DNA of 64,000 nucleotides from Candidatus Kryptoniota bacterium (GTDB lineage Bacteria; Bacteroidota; Ignavibacteria; Kryptoniales; JAKASW01), in assembly GCA_024641705.1 (NCBI GenBank), contig JAHECO010000005.1, positions 12,770 through 76,769 on the forward strand, in the 5' to 3' direction. A program made the translations under genes and the position numbers. A model generated the notes under the pieces. That model did not search any database, had not been told where the DNA came from, and saw nothing but the letters and a program-made list of their open reading frames with translations. Below, piece after piece: positions 25,727 through 34,460 of this stretch; position 1 is the first letter of the stretch, and every line of letters begins with the position of its first letter.

Positions 25727-26980
25727 TTGCAGGAAGAGAGCTTGGACTTATTCGACCGTGCGGAGGGATTGCCCCAGGAAGAGAGAGTCCTAAAGGTTAA
25801 GGACCTCGCCAGGCTTGCCCGGGAAATGCTCGAGAGAAGATTCCCGTCGGTTATCGTCGAGGGAGAGGTATCCAACTTCAAAAGGCATATGCCCTCAGGA
25901 CATCTGTATTTTACTCTGAAGGACGACGAGGCTCAGGTCAGGGTGGTGATGTGGCGTTCGGACGCTGCACGCGTCAGGTTCGACGTAAGCGACGGGATGA
26001 AGATTATTGTGAAGGGGAGGGTGTCGCTCTACGAGCCGAGAGGCGACTTTCAGTTGTACGCGGTGAGCCTGATGCCCGCGGGTCAGGGTGCGCTTCAACT
26101 GGCGTTCGAACAGCTGAAGAAGAAACTTGAGGAAGAAGGGCTTTTTGCCGAAGAGCACAAGAAACCGCTCCCGGAATTCCCATCGAGAGTCGGCGTGGTC
26201 ACGTCGTTGGAGGGCGCGGCTGTACGCGATATAATCAGCATAGTTGGCAGGAGGTTCCCGGCCGTCGAGCTGGTCATCTATCCGGTGAAGGTGCAGGGCG
26301 ACGGGGCCGCGGAAGAGATTGCGAGAGCCGTTTACGACTTCAATAAGATGAAGAACGTGGATGTCTTGATCGTCGGCAGGGGCGGCGGGAGCCTGGAAGA
26401 CCTGTGGGCCTTCAATGAAGAGACAGTCGCAAGGGCTATATATGACAGCTCGATACCGGTGATAAGTGCCGTGGGCCACCAGGTCGATTTCACGATATCC
26501 GATTTCGTGGCCGACGTCAGGGCCGCCACTCCGAGCGCAGCCGCCGAGTTGGTTGTCCCCGACAGGCTGGAAATCTCTGCCGCGGTTCAGTCGACGGCAC
26601 AGAGCATTGGGCGCGCCGTCGTCCAGAACCTGGAGCGCCTGACGCTGGAACTCGACCGCCTGGGTCACCATTATGCTCTGAGGCAGCCGATGTCGCTCGT
26701 GGACCAGAAGTCCCAGCTCGTCGACGACCTCACGAGGAGGCTTGAGAGTCAGACGCGGCACTTTCTGGAGACGAGGGAACAGACTCTTTCGTCGCTGGGA
26801 TCGCACCTGAACGCTCTTAATCCGAATGCCGTGTTGAGAAGAGGTTATGCTTTTGTGGAGAGCTCGCGGGGCATCGTCAGCTCCGTTAGAAACATAAATG
26901 CCGGCGAATTCGCTACCGTACATTTGCACGACGGGACTTTGGACACACAAATAACAGGGAAGCATGAGCAAGAACGCTAA
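25727..26980 (+). CDS. xseA: exodeoxyribonuclease VII large subunit
   Basis: The OB-fold N-terminus reads VKDLARLAREMLERRFPSVIVEGEVSNFKRHMPSGHLYFTLKD, followed by IVGRGGGSLEDLWAFN. The start is uncertain: the track uses GTG 25658, and I prefer TTG 25727 or 25742. Confidence 0.9.
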   Translation: MQEESLDLFDRAEGLPQEERVLKVKDLARLAREMLERRFPSVIVEGEVSNFKRHMPSGHLYFTLKDDEAQVRVVMWRSDAARVRFDVSDGMKIIVKGRVSLYEPRGDFQLYAVSLMPAGQGALQLAFEQLKKKLEEEGLFAEEHKKPLPEFPSRVGVVTSLEGAAVRDIISIVGRRFPAVELVIYPVKVQGDGAAEEIARAVYDFNKMKNVDVLIVGRGGGSLEDLWAFNEETVARAIYDSSIPVISAVGHQVDFTISDFVADVRAATPSAAAELVVPDRLEISAAVQSTAQSIGRAVVQNLERLTLELDRLGHHYALRQPMSLVDQKSQLVDDLTRRLESQTRHFLETREQTLSSLGSHLNALNPNAVLRRGYAFVESSRGIVSSVRNINAGEFATVHLHDGTLDTQITGKHEQER

Positions 26981-27206
26981 ACAGAAGGAAGACCTCACGT
27001 TCGAGGAGTCGCTCAAACGGCTGGAGGAAATCGTGGAGATCCTCGAGGCCGGGAATACTCCCCTCGAGGAATCGATCAAGCTGTACGAAGAGGGGATGGC
27101 CCTCGCAAAATCCTGTATGACGCGGCTGAGTGAGGCTAAATTGAAACTGAAGAAAATTCAGAAGAACGCCGCCGGCACGCTGGAAGAGACAGACATAGAA
27201 AACTGA
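26964..27206 (+). CDS. xseB: exodeoxyribonuclease VII small subunit
   Basis: 80 aa with FEESLKRLEEIVEILE...PLEESIKLYEEG. It overlaps the xseA 3' end. Confidence 0.9.
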   Translation: MSKNAKQKEDLTFEESLKRLEEIVEILEAGNTPLEESIKLYEEGMALAKSCMTRLSEAKLKLKKIQKNAAGTLEETDIEN

Positions 27207-27216
27207 GAGAGAATAA

Positions 27217-29130
27217 ATGGAGTACAATTATCTCTATTCTATAAATTCCCCCGAAGACCTTCGCAAGCTGAGTCTGAACGAGTTGAAAGTGCTTGCACAG
27301 GAAATCCGCGAATTTCTGATCGACACGATATCGCAGATAGGCGGGCACCTGGGAGCCAGCCTCGGCTCGGTAGAGTTGACGCTGGCGCTTCACTATGTTT
27401 TCAATACGCCGGAGGATCAGCTGATATGGGACGTCGGACACCAGGGATACATCCATAAGATCATTACAGGAAGGCGTGACGTTTTCAAAACCATCCGGCA
27501 ATATCATGGCATAAGCGGTTTCCTTAAACGCTCGGAAAGCCCTTACGACGTCTTCGGCGCCGGCCACGCAAGCACGTCCCTCTCAGCGGCGCTCGGCGTC
27601 GCGACGGCGCGGGACTTTATGAATGAGAAATTCAAGGTCGTCGCCGTCATCGGGGACGGCGCGATGACAGGCGGCATGGCCTACGAAGCCATGAACAACG
27701 CCGGTCTCCTCAAAAAGGACCTGATCGTCGTGCTCAACGACAACCGGATGTCGATTGCTCCAAACGTGTGGGCAATCTCGAATTACTTCAGCAGCCTGAC
27801 CGTCACGGGCGCGTACAACAAATTCAAGTCGAACGTCTGGGACCTCACCGGCAAACTCGATTCCGTTGGCGACAGGATCAGGAAGGTTGCCGGCCGACTG
27901 GAGTCGGGAATGAAAGCCGTGGTGACGCCCGGTATGCTGTTCGAGGCCCTTGGCTTCAGGTACTTCGGTCCTTTCAACGGGCATAACATCTCGCAAATCG
28001 TGACCATCTTCAAGGAGGTGAAAGACCTTAAGGGCCCGCTTCTGGTCCATGTGACCACGGAAAAGGGTAAGGGTTACCTGCCGGCTGAGGAGGATAAACA
28101 GAAACTCCATGGAGTAGTGGCATTCGACAAAGTCACGGGCGAGCAATTTAAGAAGGACGGCCCTCCCTCGCTTACCAGAGTTTTTGGCGAAGCTTTAGTC
28201 GAGGTGGCGAAGAGGAACGACAAGGTTGTCGGCGTGACGGCTGCCATGCCGGACGGAACCGGTTTGAATATTCTCCAGAAAGAGCTTCCGACGAAGTTCT
28301 TCGATGTGGGCATAGCCGAACAGCACGCGGTCACTTTCTGCGCGGGGATGGCCACGCAAGGTTACATACCGGTCGCAGCGATTTACTCTACCTTCCTCCA
28401 AAGGGCCTTCGACCAGATCATACACGATGTTGCCATACAGCATCTCCATGTCGTCTTCGTCCTCGACCGCGGCGGGCTTGTCGGAGCCGACGGCCCCACG
28501 CATCACGGGTCGTTCGATCTCGCATATCTCAGGCTGATTCCCGGAATGGTGATCATGGCCCCCAAGGACGAAAACGAACTCCGGGACATGCTTCTCACCG
28601 CCGTCAACCACACCGAAGGCCCGGTCGCGATTCGTTATCCGAGAGGTAATGCTCTGGGGCTTCCGAAGACCGCGATGCGCGAGATCCCGATCGGGAAGGG
28701 CGAAATCCTCAGGAAGGGAAGCGACGTAGTCATCCTTGCCGCTGGACTGATGGTCCAGCATTCTCTCAAGGCGGCTGAAGTCCTTGAGAAGGAGGGAATC
28801 CACGCGGAGGTTGTGAACATGCGCTTCGTTAAGCCCATTGATTCCGAGCTCCTGGATGAAATCTCGGGAAGGTTCGATCACCTGGTTACCGTTGAAGACA
28901 ACACGATACGCGGCGGTTTCGGAAGTGCAGTTCTGGAAACGCTCCAGGAACTCCACGAACCGGTGCGGGTCCTTAACCTCGGCCTCCCGGATTCGTTCAT
29001 CGAACACGGCACCCCGCAGCAGCTGTACGAACTGGTCGGCCTGCATCCGGAGGGAATCGCAAACAGTGTCCTGCACTTCATCAACGTCGAGGGCACGTCT
29101 TCGAAAGAAACCGTTCTGGTAAGCAGGTAA
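27217..29130 (+). CDS. dxs: 1-deoxy-D-xylulose-5-phosphate synthase
   Basis: 637 aa with GGHLGASLGSVELTLALHYVF, IWDVGHQGY, GDGAMTGGMAYEA and AEQHAVTF motifs. Confidence 0.95.
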   Translation: MEYNYLYSINSPEDLRKLSLNELKVLAQEIREFLIDTISQIGGHLGASLGSVELTLALHYVFNTPEDQLIWDVGHQGYIHKIITGRRDVFKTIRQYHGISGFLKRSESPYDVFGAGHASTSLSAALGVATARDFMNEKFKVVAVIGDGAMTGGMAYEAMNNAGLLKKDLIVVLNDNRMSIAPNVWAISNYFSSLTVTGAYNKFKSNVWDLTGKLDSVGDRIRKVAGRLESGMKAVVTPGMLFEALGFRYFGPFNGHNISQIVTIFKEVKDLKGPLLVHVTTEKGKGYLPAEEDKQKLHGVVAFDKVTGEQFKKDGPPSLTRVFGEALVEVAKRNDKVVGVTAAMPDGTGLNILQKELPTKFFDVGIAEQHAVTFCAGMATQGYIPVAAIYSTFLQRAFDQIIHDVAIQHLHVVFVLDRGGLVGADGPTHHGSFDLAYLRLIPGMVIMAPKDENELRDMLLTAVNHTEGPVAIRYPRGNALGLPKTAMREIPIGKGEILRKGSDVVILAAGLMVQHSLKAAEVLEKEGIHAEVVNMRFVKPIDSELLDEISGRFDHLVTVEDNTIRGGFGSAVLETLQELHEPVRVLNLGLPDSFIEHGTPQQLYELVGLHPEGIANSVLHFINVEGTSSKETVLVSR

Positions 29131-29133
29131 ATC

Positions 29134-30135
29134 ATGGATGACATCCGGCTGGGCGTCATAGGGGGAGGGGCAATAGCGCAAGTAATCCATCTGCCGCTCC
29201 TGAAGAAGATCGGCGGCGTTCAAGTCGTCGCGCTCTCCGAGCAGGATAACGAGAAACTCCGGACAATCGGGAAGCATCATGCTATCCCGAAATTGTATCC
29301 CACCACCGATCAACTGCTGACCGATCCCGACATCGACGTAGTGGATATTTGTACCTCAACCGACAGTCACTTCGAGATTGCACTGGCCGCTCTGAATGCG
29401 GGCAAGAACGTGCTCATCGAAAAACCTCCTACAGTTACACAGAAGGAATGTGAGACTCTCGCGGCGCTGGCCGAGGAAAAGGGGAAGGTTGTCCTCGCGG
29501 CAATGAACAACCGGTTCAGGTCCGACTTCATGATGTTGAAGAGCTACGCGAGCGAAAAGCAGCTTGGCGAGATCTTCTATATAAACGCGGCCTGGCACAA
29601 ACAGGAGCCGAGCACGAAGATGCATCTGGGCTCGAGGTCGCAGTTGAGGCGCGGCGTCATGCTCGACCTCGGGGTGGTCCTTATAGATCTCTCCCTCTGG
29701 ATCCTCGATTTTCCGGAGATAGTCGGAGTCAACGCCGCTTTCTTCAGCCGCAGGTATAAGGATGTCGAAGATACCTCTCTCGTAACATTGCGCACGAAGA
29801 AGGGCGGGATGATCAGACTCGATGCGAGCTGGGGTCTGCAGGAACCTGAAGAGAGCTTCAGCTTCGAGGTCTACGGCACGAACGGGACGGCCACTCTAAG
29901 CCCCCTCCTCCTTCATCACAGGGTGAAGGACGAACTTGTGAGTCTCACGCCGGTCAAGAACTCCAGGTTTGAAAACGTCTTCAAGCGCAGTTACGAGACC
30001 GAGCTGACCAACTTCGTCAGGTTCCTCAGGGGCGTCAAATCCGACATGCCGACAATCGGCCAGATGTGCAAAGTCATGAGCGTCGTGGATGCTTCTTATA
30101 CGTCTGCTAAACGCGGGAACGCATTGAGGCTGTAA
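29134..30135 (+). CDS. Gfo/Idh/MocA family oxidoreductase
   Basis: 333 aa with the N-terminal Rossmann pattern IRLGVIGGGAIAQVIHLP and LIEKPP. Confidence 0.8.
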   Translation: MDDIRLGVIGGGAIAQVIHLPLLKKIGGVQVVALSEQDNEKLRTIGKHHAIPKLYPTTDQLLTDPDIDVVDICTSTDSHFEIALAALNAGKNVLIEKPPTVTQKECETLAALAEEKGKVVLAAMNNRFRSDFMMLKSYASEKQLGEIFYINAAWHKQEPSTKMHLGSRSQLRRGVMLDLGVVLIDLSLWILDFPEIVGVNAAFFSRRYKDVEDTSLVTLRTKKGGMIRLDASWGLQEPEESFSFEVYGTNGTATLSPLLLHHRVKDELVSLTPVKNSRFENVFKRSYETELTNFVRFLRGVKSDMPTIGQMCKVMSVVDASYTSAKRGNALRL

Positions 30136-30908
30136 TGCCCACGATCGTGTTGCTGACGGATTTCGGCAGCAAGGACTATTTTGTGGGTGTCATGAAAGGG
30201 GTAATCTCTTCGATAAATCCGGTCGCACGTGTCGTCGACCTGACCCACGAGGTAGAACCGCAGAACGTGTCGCAGGCATCCTTCATGCTCTGGGCCTCGC
30301 GGAAATTCTTCCCGGACGACTCCATCTTTGTCTGCGTCGTGGATCCGGGTGTCGGAAGCGAACGGAAGATCGTCTGCGGTACGATAGACGGCCAGACGTT
30401 TATCGCCCCCGACAACGGCCTCCTTGATTATGTAACGGCAGAGGGGAAGGAAAAGGAGTTTTATGCCGTGACAAACACGAGATACTTCCTCGGGCCGGTC
30501 AGTACCACATTTCACGGAAGGGATATCTTTGCTCCTGTCGCGGCACATCTATCCCGGGGAATCAGGCTCAACGAACTGGGCGAAGCTTTCAGATATCCGG
30601 AAGCTGAGAGGTTTTACCGGGAAATTGTCCCGGGGAAGAACTCTGGGAAGGTAATTTATCAGGATCGGTTTGGGAACGTGTTCACAAATCTTCTCTGGAA
30701 CGATCTTCTGCTTGAAGGTCGAGCCACCGTCCGAATCGGATCCGGGGTCATAAAGAAGTTTTACAAATCTTACTCCGGCTCTGCGTCCAGAAGCGTGGTA
30801 GGTGTCAAAGGAAGCAGCGGGCTCTTGGAACTCGCAGTGAACCTCGGCAGCGCGGCGAAGGTGCTCAAATCCGCGATCGGCCAAAAACTCAGCGTCATAC
30901 TTAAGTAA
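30135..30908 (+). CDS. SAM hydrolase / SAM hydroxide adenosyltransferase family protein (DUF62)
   Basis: 257 aa with IVLLTDFGSKDYFVGVMKGVI, VCVVDPGVGS, PDNGLL and FHGRDIFAPVAA motifs. Confidence 0.85.
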   Translation: MPTIVLLTDFGSKDYFVGVMKGVISSINPVARVVDLTHEVEPQNVSQASFMLWASRKFFPDDSIFVCVVDPGVGSERKIVCGTIDGQTFIAPDNGLLDYVTAEGKEKEFYAVTNTRYFLGPVSTTFHGRDIFAPVAAHLSRGIRLNELGEAFRYPEAERFYREIVPGKNSGKVIYQDRFGNVFTNLLWNDLLLEGRATVRIGSGVIKKFYKSYSGSASRSVVGVKGSSGLLELAVNLGSAAKVLKSAIGQKLSVILK

Positions 30909-30914
30909 CCGCCA

Positions 30915-32006
30915 ATGCACACCAACGAAGAGATCATGCTCCGGTGCCTGCGGCTTGCAGCCAGGGGTATGGGAAATGTCAGCCCCAACCCCATGGTTGG
31001 TTGCGTCATAATGAAGAACGGGGAGATTATTGGGGAAGGATATCACGAGAAATTTGGCGGGCCGCATGCCGAGGTTAATGCCATACGTGCTGCCTCTGCA
31101 CCGGTCGAAGGTGCCGAAGTTTTCGTCAACTTGGAACCGTGCAGCTATTACGGTAAAACCCCTCCATGCGTCGACCTCCTGATCGAGAAGAGAGTAGCGA
31201 AGGTGCACATCGCCATGCTCGACCCTAACCCGAGAGTAAACGGGAGCGGCGTCGAGAAGCTCAGGGAGGCGGGCGTGGAAGTGGAAATCGGCCTGTTGGC
31301 GGAGGAGGCCCATCGCCTGAATGAAGCCTTCGTGAAATATGTGTCCAAGAAACTCCCTTATGTCACGTTGAAGATAGCCCAGTCGCTGGACGGCAGGATA
31401 GCTCTCGCGAACGGCAAGTCGAAGTACATCACCTCGCGTGAATCGCTGACAAGAGTCCATGCTCTCAGGAGTGAACACGACGCGGTGCTGGTTGGCGCCG
31501 GTACGATCAGAACGGATGACCCGTCGCTGACAGTGCGGCTGGTGGAAGGGAAGTCGCCTGCGAGAATTATCCTCGACGGGAACCTTTCGTCGCCGCTGAA
31601 GTCAACGGTCTTCAACGACAAAAAGAGCAGGGTGATCGTTATTCATTCGACTAGAGCTGGGGCGAGTTCCTCGAGGAAGATGGCTGCCCTCAGGAAACTC
31701 GGTGTCGAACTTCACTCGCTGCCCGCCGACAGGAAAGGAAGGCTCCCAATACGGTCCGTTCTCCGTCTCATCGCGCGATTGGGCATCGCTTCCGTCATGG
31801 TAGAAGGAGGGGTTGAAGTCTTCTCGGAATTGATAAGGTCGGGGATGGCAGACAGATTACATCTGTTCATCGCACCGGTAATAATCGGCAAAGGGAAAGC
31901 CTTCGCCGATCTTATTGAACTGACGGATCTCAAGAAGGCAAGAAGGCTCGGGGATATTCAGACTGCGCAAGTTGGCCCTGACATTATGATAACAGGCGGT
32001 TTCTAG
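30915..32006 (+). CDS. ribD: bifunctional diaminohydroxyphosphoribosylaminopyrimidine deaminase / 5-amino-6-(5-phosphoribosylamino)uracil reductase
   Basis: 363 aa with HAEVNAI, LEPCSYYGKTPPC and the reductase half TLKIAQSLDGRIA. Confidence 0.93.
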   Translation: MHTNEEIMLRCLRLAARGMGNVSPNPMVGCVIMKNGEIIGEGYHEKFGGPHAEVNAIRAASAPVEGAEVFVNLEPCSYYGKTPPCVDLLIEKRVAKVHIAMLDPNPRVNGSGVEKLREAGVEVEIGLLAEEAHRLNEAFVKYVSKKLPYVTLKIAQSLDGRIALANGKSKYITSRESLTRVHALRSEHDAVLVGAGTIRTDDPSLTVRLVEGKSPARIILDGNLSSPLKSTVFNDKKSRVIVIHSTRAGASSSRKMAALRKLGVELHSLPADRKGRLPIRSVLRLIARLGIASVMVEGGVEVFSELIRSGMADRLHLFIAPVIIGKGKAFADLIELTDLKKARRLGDIQTAQVGPDIMITGGF

Positions 32007-32041
32007 ATCCGCCGATATGTCTAATAAGTTGAGGGTATGTC

Positions 32042-32632
32042 ATGTTTACAGGAATCATTGAAGAGGTCGGCAGCATTAAGGGCATCGAGGGCTCTCCCGG
32101 AGGAGCCAGGAGGTTCCGTATCGGGTGCAGGACGGTAATCGACGATCTATTCATCGGCGACAGCCTGTCGGTGAACGGAGTTTGCCTTACTGTTGTTACT
32201 AAACTTAAAGGCGAAGTTCATTTAGAAGTGGTAGAAGAAACCATCAAGAAAACGACCCTCGGAAGTTTGAGAATCGGCGATCCTGTGAACCTGGAAAGAG
32301 CCGCGGCTATGAACAGCCGGATCGGCGGACATCTTGTGCAGGGACATGTCGATGCGACCGGCAAGGTCCTATCGATTCAGAAACTTCCGCTCAGCTGGAT
32401 CTTCCGCTTCCGGATACCTAAGCAGCTTATGAAGTACGTAATACCCGTCGGGAGCATCGCCATAAACGGCGTCAGCCTGACCGTGGCGGAGAAGTTGTCT
32501 GACTCCTTCAAGGTGGCAATCATCCCCCACACATTTGAGCATACCGTATTTAGTTCGCTGCGGGTCGGCAGTTCCGTTAACATCGAAGTCGACATGATGG
32601 CGAAGTACATGGAGAGTCTGCTGAAGAAATAA
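32042..32632 (+). CDS. ribE: riboflavin synthase (alpha chain)
   Basis: 196 aa beginning MFTGIIEEVG, with duplicated lumazine-binding repeats (SLSVNGVCLTV / SIAINGVSLTV). Confidence 0.92.
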   Translation: MFTGIIEEVGSIKGIEGSPGGARRFRIGCRTVIDDLFIGDSLSVNGVCLTVVTKLKGEVHLEVVEETIKKTTLGSLRIGDPVNLERAAAMNSRIGGHLVQGHVDATGKVLSIQKLPLSWIFRFRIPKQLMKYVIPVGSIAINGVSLTVAEKLSDSFKVAIIPHTFEHTVFSSLRVGSSVNIEVDMMAKYMESLLKK

Positions 32633-32633
32633 G

Positions 32634-33380
32634 ATGGCAAGGAAAATCTATTACCGGGTTCACGACAACGGGAAGAATTTCATCTCGGGTGAGGAATGGG
32701 ACGCGATCAGGTCTCTTCAGCGTTGGTACAATTCGGAATTCTTCTGGACGGGCGGCAAACTTAACCTGCGGCGGTTTGTGGTGTTCCCGAACTTCGACAC
32801 TGTCGGCAGGGACGTGAGGATTGTGCGGCGGAGGTTCGCGGAACTGGAGAAGGCCGGTTATTCGGAAGAAGAGATCGTCAACGAACTGGAGGCGCGGAAG
32901 TTCATAATTGTCAAGCGCGGCGGTTACGAGGACGGGATGCTGGCGAGCGGCTATACCAGAGTCGCCGACAACGAGTTCAACGCTTTCCTCGTGCTCGATT
33001 TTCTCCTGAAAGTTTCGCGCATCGCCAGAACCTCTTCAATCGGCATTTACGATGAGGGATTCTTTGTCAAGACACAGAGGATCGAAATAGCAAACGGCGA
33101 CGTGATCGTAAAGGAAAGCCAGACAACCGGGGAGGCATACGAGGAATCGAAGACTTCCAGGCGGATATTCGCGGTCGTGAACCCCGATAAATACGACGGG
33201 CACCCCGACTTCACAAATCGTGTTAATGAATTTAACGACCTTCTGCCGTACGAACGAGTAAGGGTGGTCGAGGATTGGAACTGGCTCGGATATGAAAGCA
33301 AGGCCGATTTCGATTTCAATGGTGATGACTTCGTCGGATTCGATCTGAATCAGAAGGTCTGTCATCTATTTTTCAAATAA
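32634..33380 (+). CDS. hypothetical cytosolic protein, no family recognised
   Basis: 248 aa. The ATG lies 1 nt after the ribE TAA, and bcp follows 13 nt later, so it is tightly embedded in the operon. No TM segment or motif that I recognise. Confidence 0.6.
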   Translation: MARKIYYRVHDNGKNFISGEEWDAIRSLQRWYNSEFFWTGGKLNLRRFVVFPNFDTVGRDVRIVRRRFAELEKAGYSEEEIVNELEARKFIIVKRGGYEDGMLASGYTRVADNEFNAFLVLDFLLKVSRIARTSSIGIYDEGFFVKTQRIEIANGDVIVKESQTTGEAYEESKTSRRIFAVVNPDKYDGHPDFTNRVNEFNDLLPYERVRVVEDWNWLGYESKADFDFNGDDFVGFDLNQKVCHLFFK

Positions 33381-33393
33381 AAAGGAGGAAGAA

Positions 33394-33927
33394 ATGATCA
33401 GGAAATTCGCCGTGCCGGTCATGATTATCCTGCTCGGCATCTCGTCGATGGCGAGCGCGAAAATCACGTTGAAGGAAGGAGAGAAGGCACCGAACTTCGC
33501 CCTGAAAGGCAACGACGGTAAGATGCACAAGCTGAGCAACTTCAGGGGGCAGTATGTTGTCCTCTATTTCTATCCTAAGGACGAGACGCCCGGTTGCACG
33601 ACTGAAGCATGCAGCTTCAGGGACGACCTGTCGAGCATAACGAAGGAAGGTGCGAAGGTAATAGGCGTGAGCGTGCAGGATGTGAAGTCGCATAAGGCAT
33701 TCACGAAAAAGTACGGACTCAATTTCCTCCTCCTCGCCGACCCTCACAAGAAGGTCGCGAGGATGTACGGCGTGTACAACGCCAGATGGGAGATGGCCAA
33801 CCGGGTCACATTCATTATCGGTCCGAAGGGACGGATCGTCAAGATTTATCCCAACGTTGATCCGAAGGTCCACGCGAAACAGGTGATCGCCGAACTCAAG
33901 ACGCTCACCGGCAAGAAGGTGGATTGA
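33394..33927 (+). CDS. bcp: thiol peroxidase / peroxiredoxin (Bcp-type) with signal-like N-terminus
   Basis: 177 aa with SD AGGAGGAAGAA. The pattern VVLYFYPKDETPGCTTEACSFRD matches the Bcp active site. Confidence 0.88.
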   Translation: MIRKFAVPVMIILLGISSMASAKITLKEGEKAPNFALKGNDGKMHKLSNFRGQYVVLYFYPKDETPGCTTEACSFRDDLSSITKEGAKVIGVSVQDVKSHKAFTKKYGLNFLLLADPHKKVARMYGVYNARWEMANRVTFIIGPKGRIVKIYPNVDPKVHAKQVIAELKTLTGKKVD

Positions 33928-33940
33928 AATAAATATTTGC

Positions 33941-33977
33941 ACGGGGTCGCCGTTGGCACATCGCGCGGCCCCGTTTT
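33941..33977 (+). terminator. intrinsic terminator after bcp
   Basis: ACGGGGTCGC(33941-50) pairs with GCGGCCCCGT(33965-74), giving 10 bp with one G-U pair and a 14-nt loop. TTTT follows. Confidence 0.6.
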
Positions 33978-33997
33978 CGTCTCACTAGGGAGAAAGT

Positions 33998-34342
33998 ATG
34001 CATCCTGCCCAATTCAAGAAACTCAATGAAGAAAACATACTCGTGAAATGGGACGACGGCAAAGAGTTTACCGTCCCGATGAAATACCTGAGAGACAGGT
34101 GTCCCTGCGCGTCATGCCAGGGTGAATCAGTGCTCTGGCGGGAGTACAAGCCCTCGCCGCTTCAGGTACTGACGCCCGGCAAGTACAATCTCAAAGCCGC
34201 CGAAGTTGTCGGCGATTACGCGCTGGCGCTGACCTGGGTGGACGGGCACAACACGGGTTTGTATGCGTTCGATTACCTCAGGAGGATTTGCGAAGAGCTC
34301 GCATCGAATCCGGCGGCCGCAGCGAAACCGGACAGGAACTAA
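33998..34342 (+). CDS. DUF971 domain-containing protein
   Basis: 114 aa with LVKWDDGKEFTVPMKYLRDRCPCASC...WVDGHNTGLYAFDYL, the DUF971 (gamma-butyrobetaine hydroxylase N-terminal-like) pattern. Confidence 0.8.
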   Translation: MHPAQFKKLNEENILVKWDDGKEFTVPMKYLRDRCPCASCQGESVLWREYKPSPLQVLTPGKYNLKAAEVVGDYALALTWVDGHNTGLYAFDYLRRICEELASNPAAAAKPDRN

Positions 34343-34402
34343 CGATGCGCGGCAGAGAGTATTCCGGAAAAGTGTAAATAGTTCGACTGGTTCTTCAAAG
34401 AG

Positions 34403-34437
34403 AAAGGGCAGTACGCTTGCAGGCGTACCGCCCTTTT
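34403..34437. terminator. bidirectional intrinsic terminator between the convergent DUF971 gene and htrA
   Basis: AAAGGGCAGTACGC / GCGTACCGCCCTTT forms a stem with one A-C mismatch and a 6-nt loop (TTGCAG). An A-tract and a T-tract lie on either side. Confidence 0.6.
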
Positions 34438-34460
34438 CTTATTGGGGGAGTGGAGCAAAC

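Noticed and set aside
25895-27079. A 394-aa minus-strand ORF across xseA/xseB. Similar long antisense ORFs occur at 16320-17459, 28195-29313, 10082-11182, 60361-61419, 62717-63616 and 3598-4539.
   Set aside because: All are antisense to genes with clear family signatures, and all have Arg-rich, shadow-frame-like composition. I treat them as by-products of codon bias.
30860-30920. Looked for an FMN (RFN) riboswitch upstream of ribD. Also looked for TPP, lysine or T-box leaders before dxs, lysC and thrC.
   Set aside because: ribD starts 6 nt after the preceding gene. dxs and lysC likewise have 10-18 nt spacers, leaving no room for a riboswitch.
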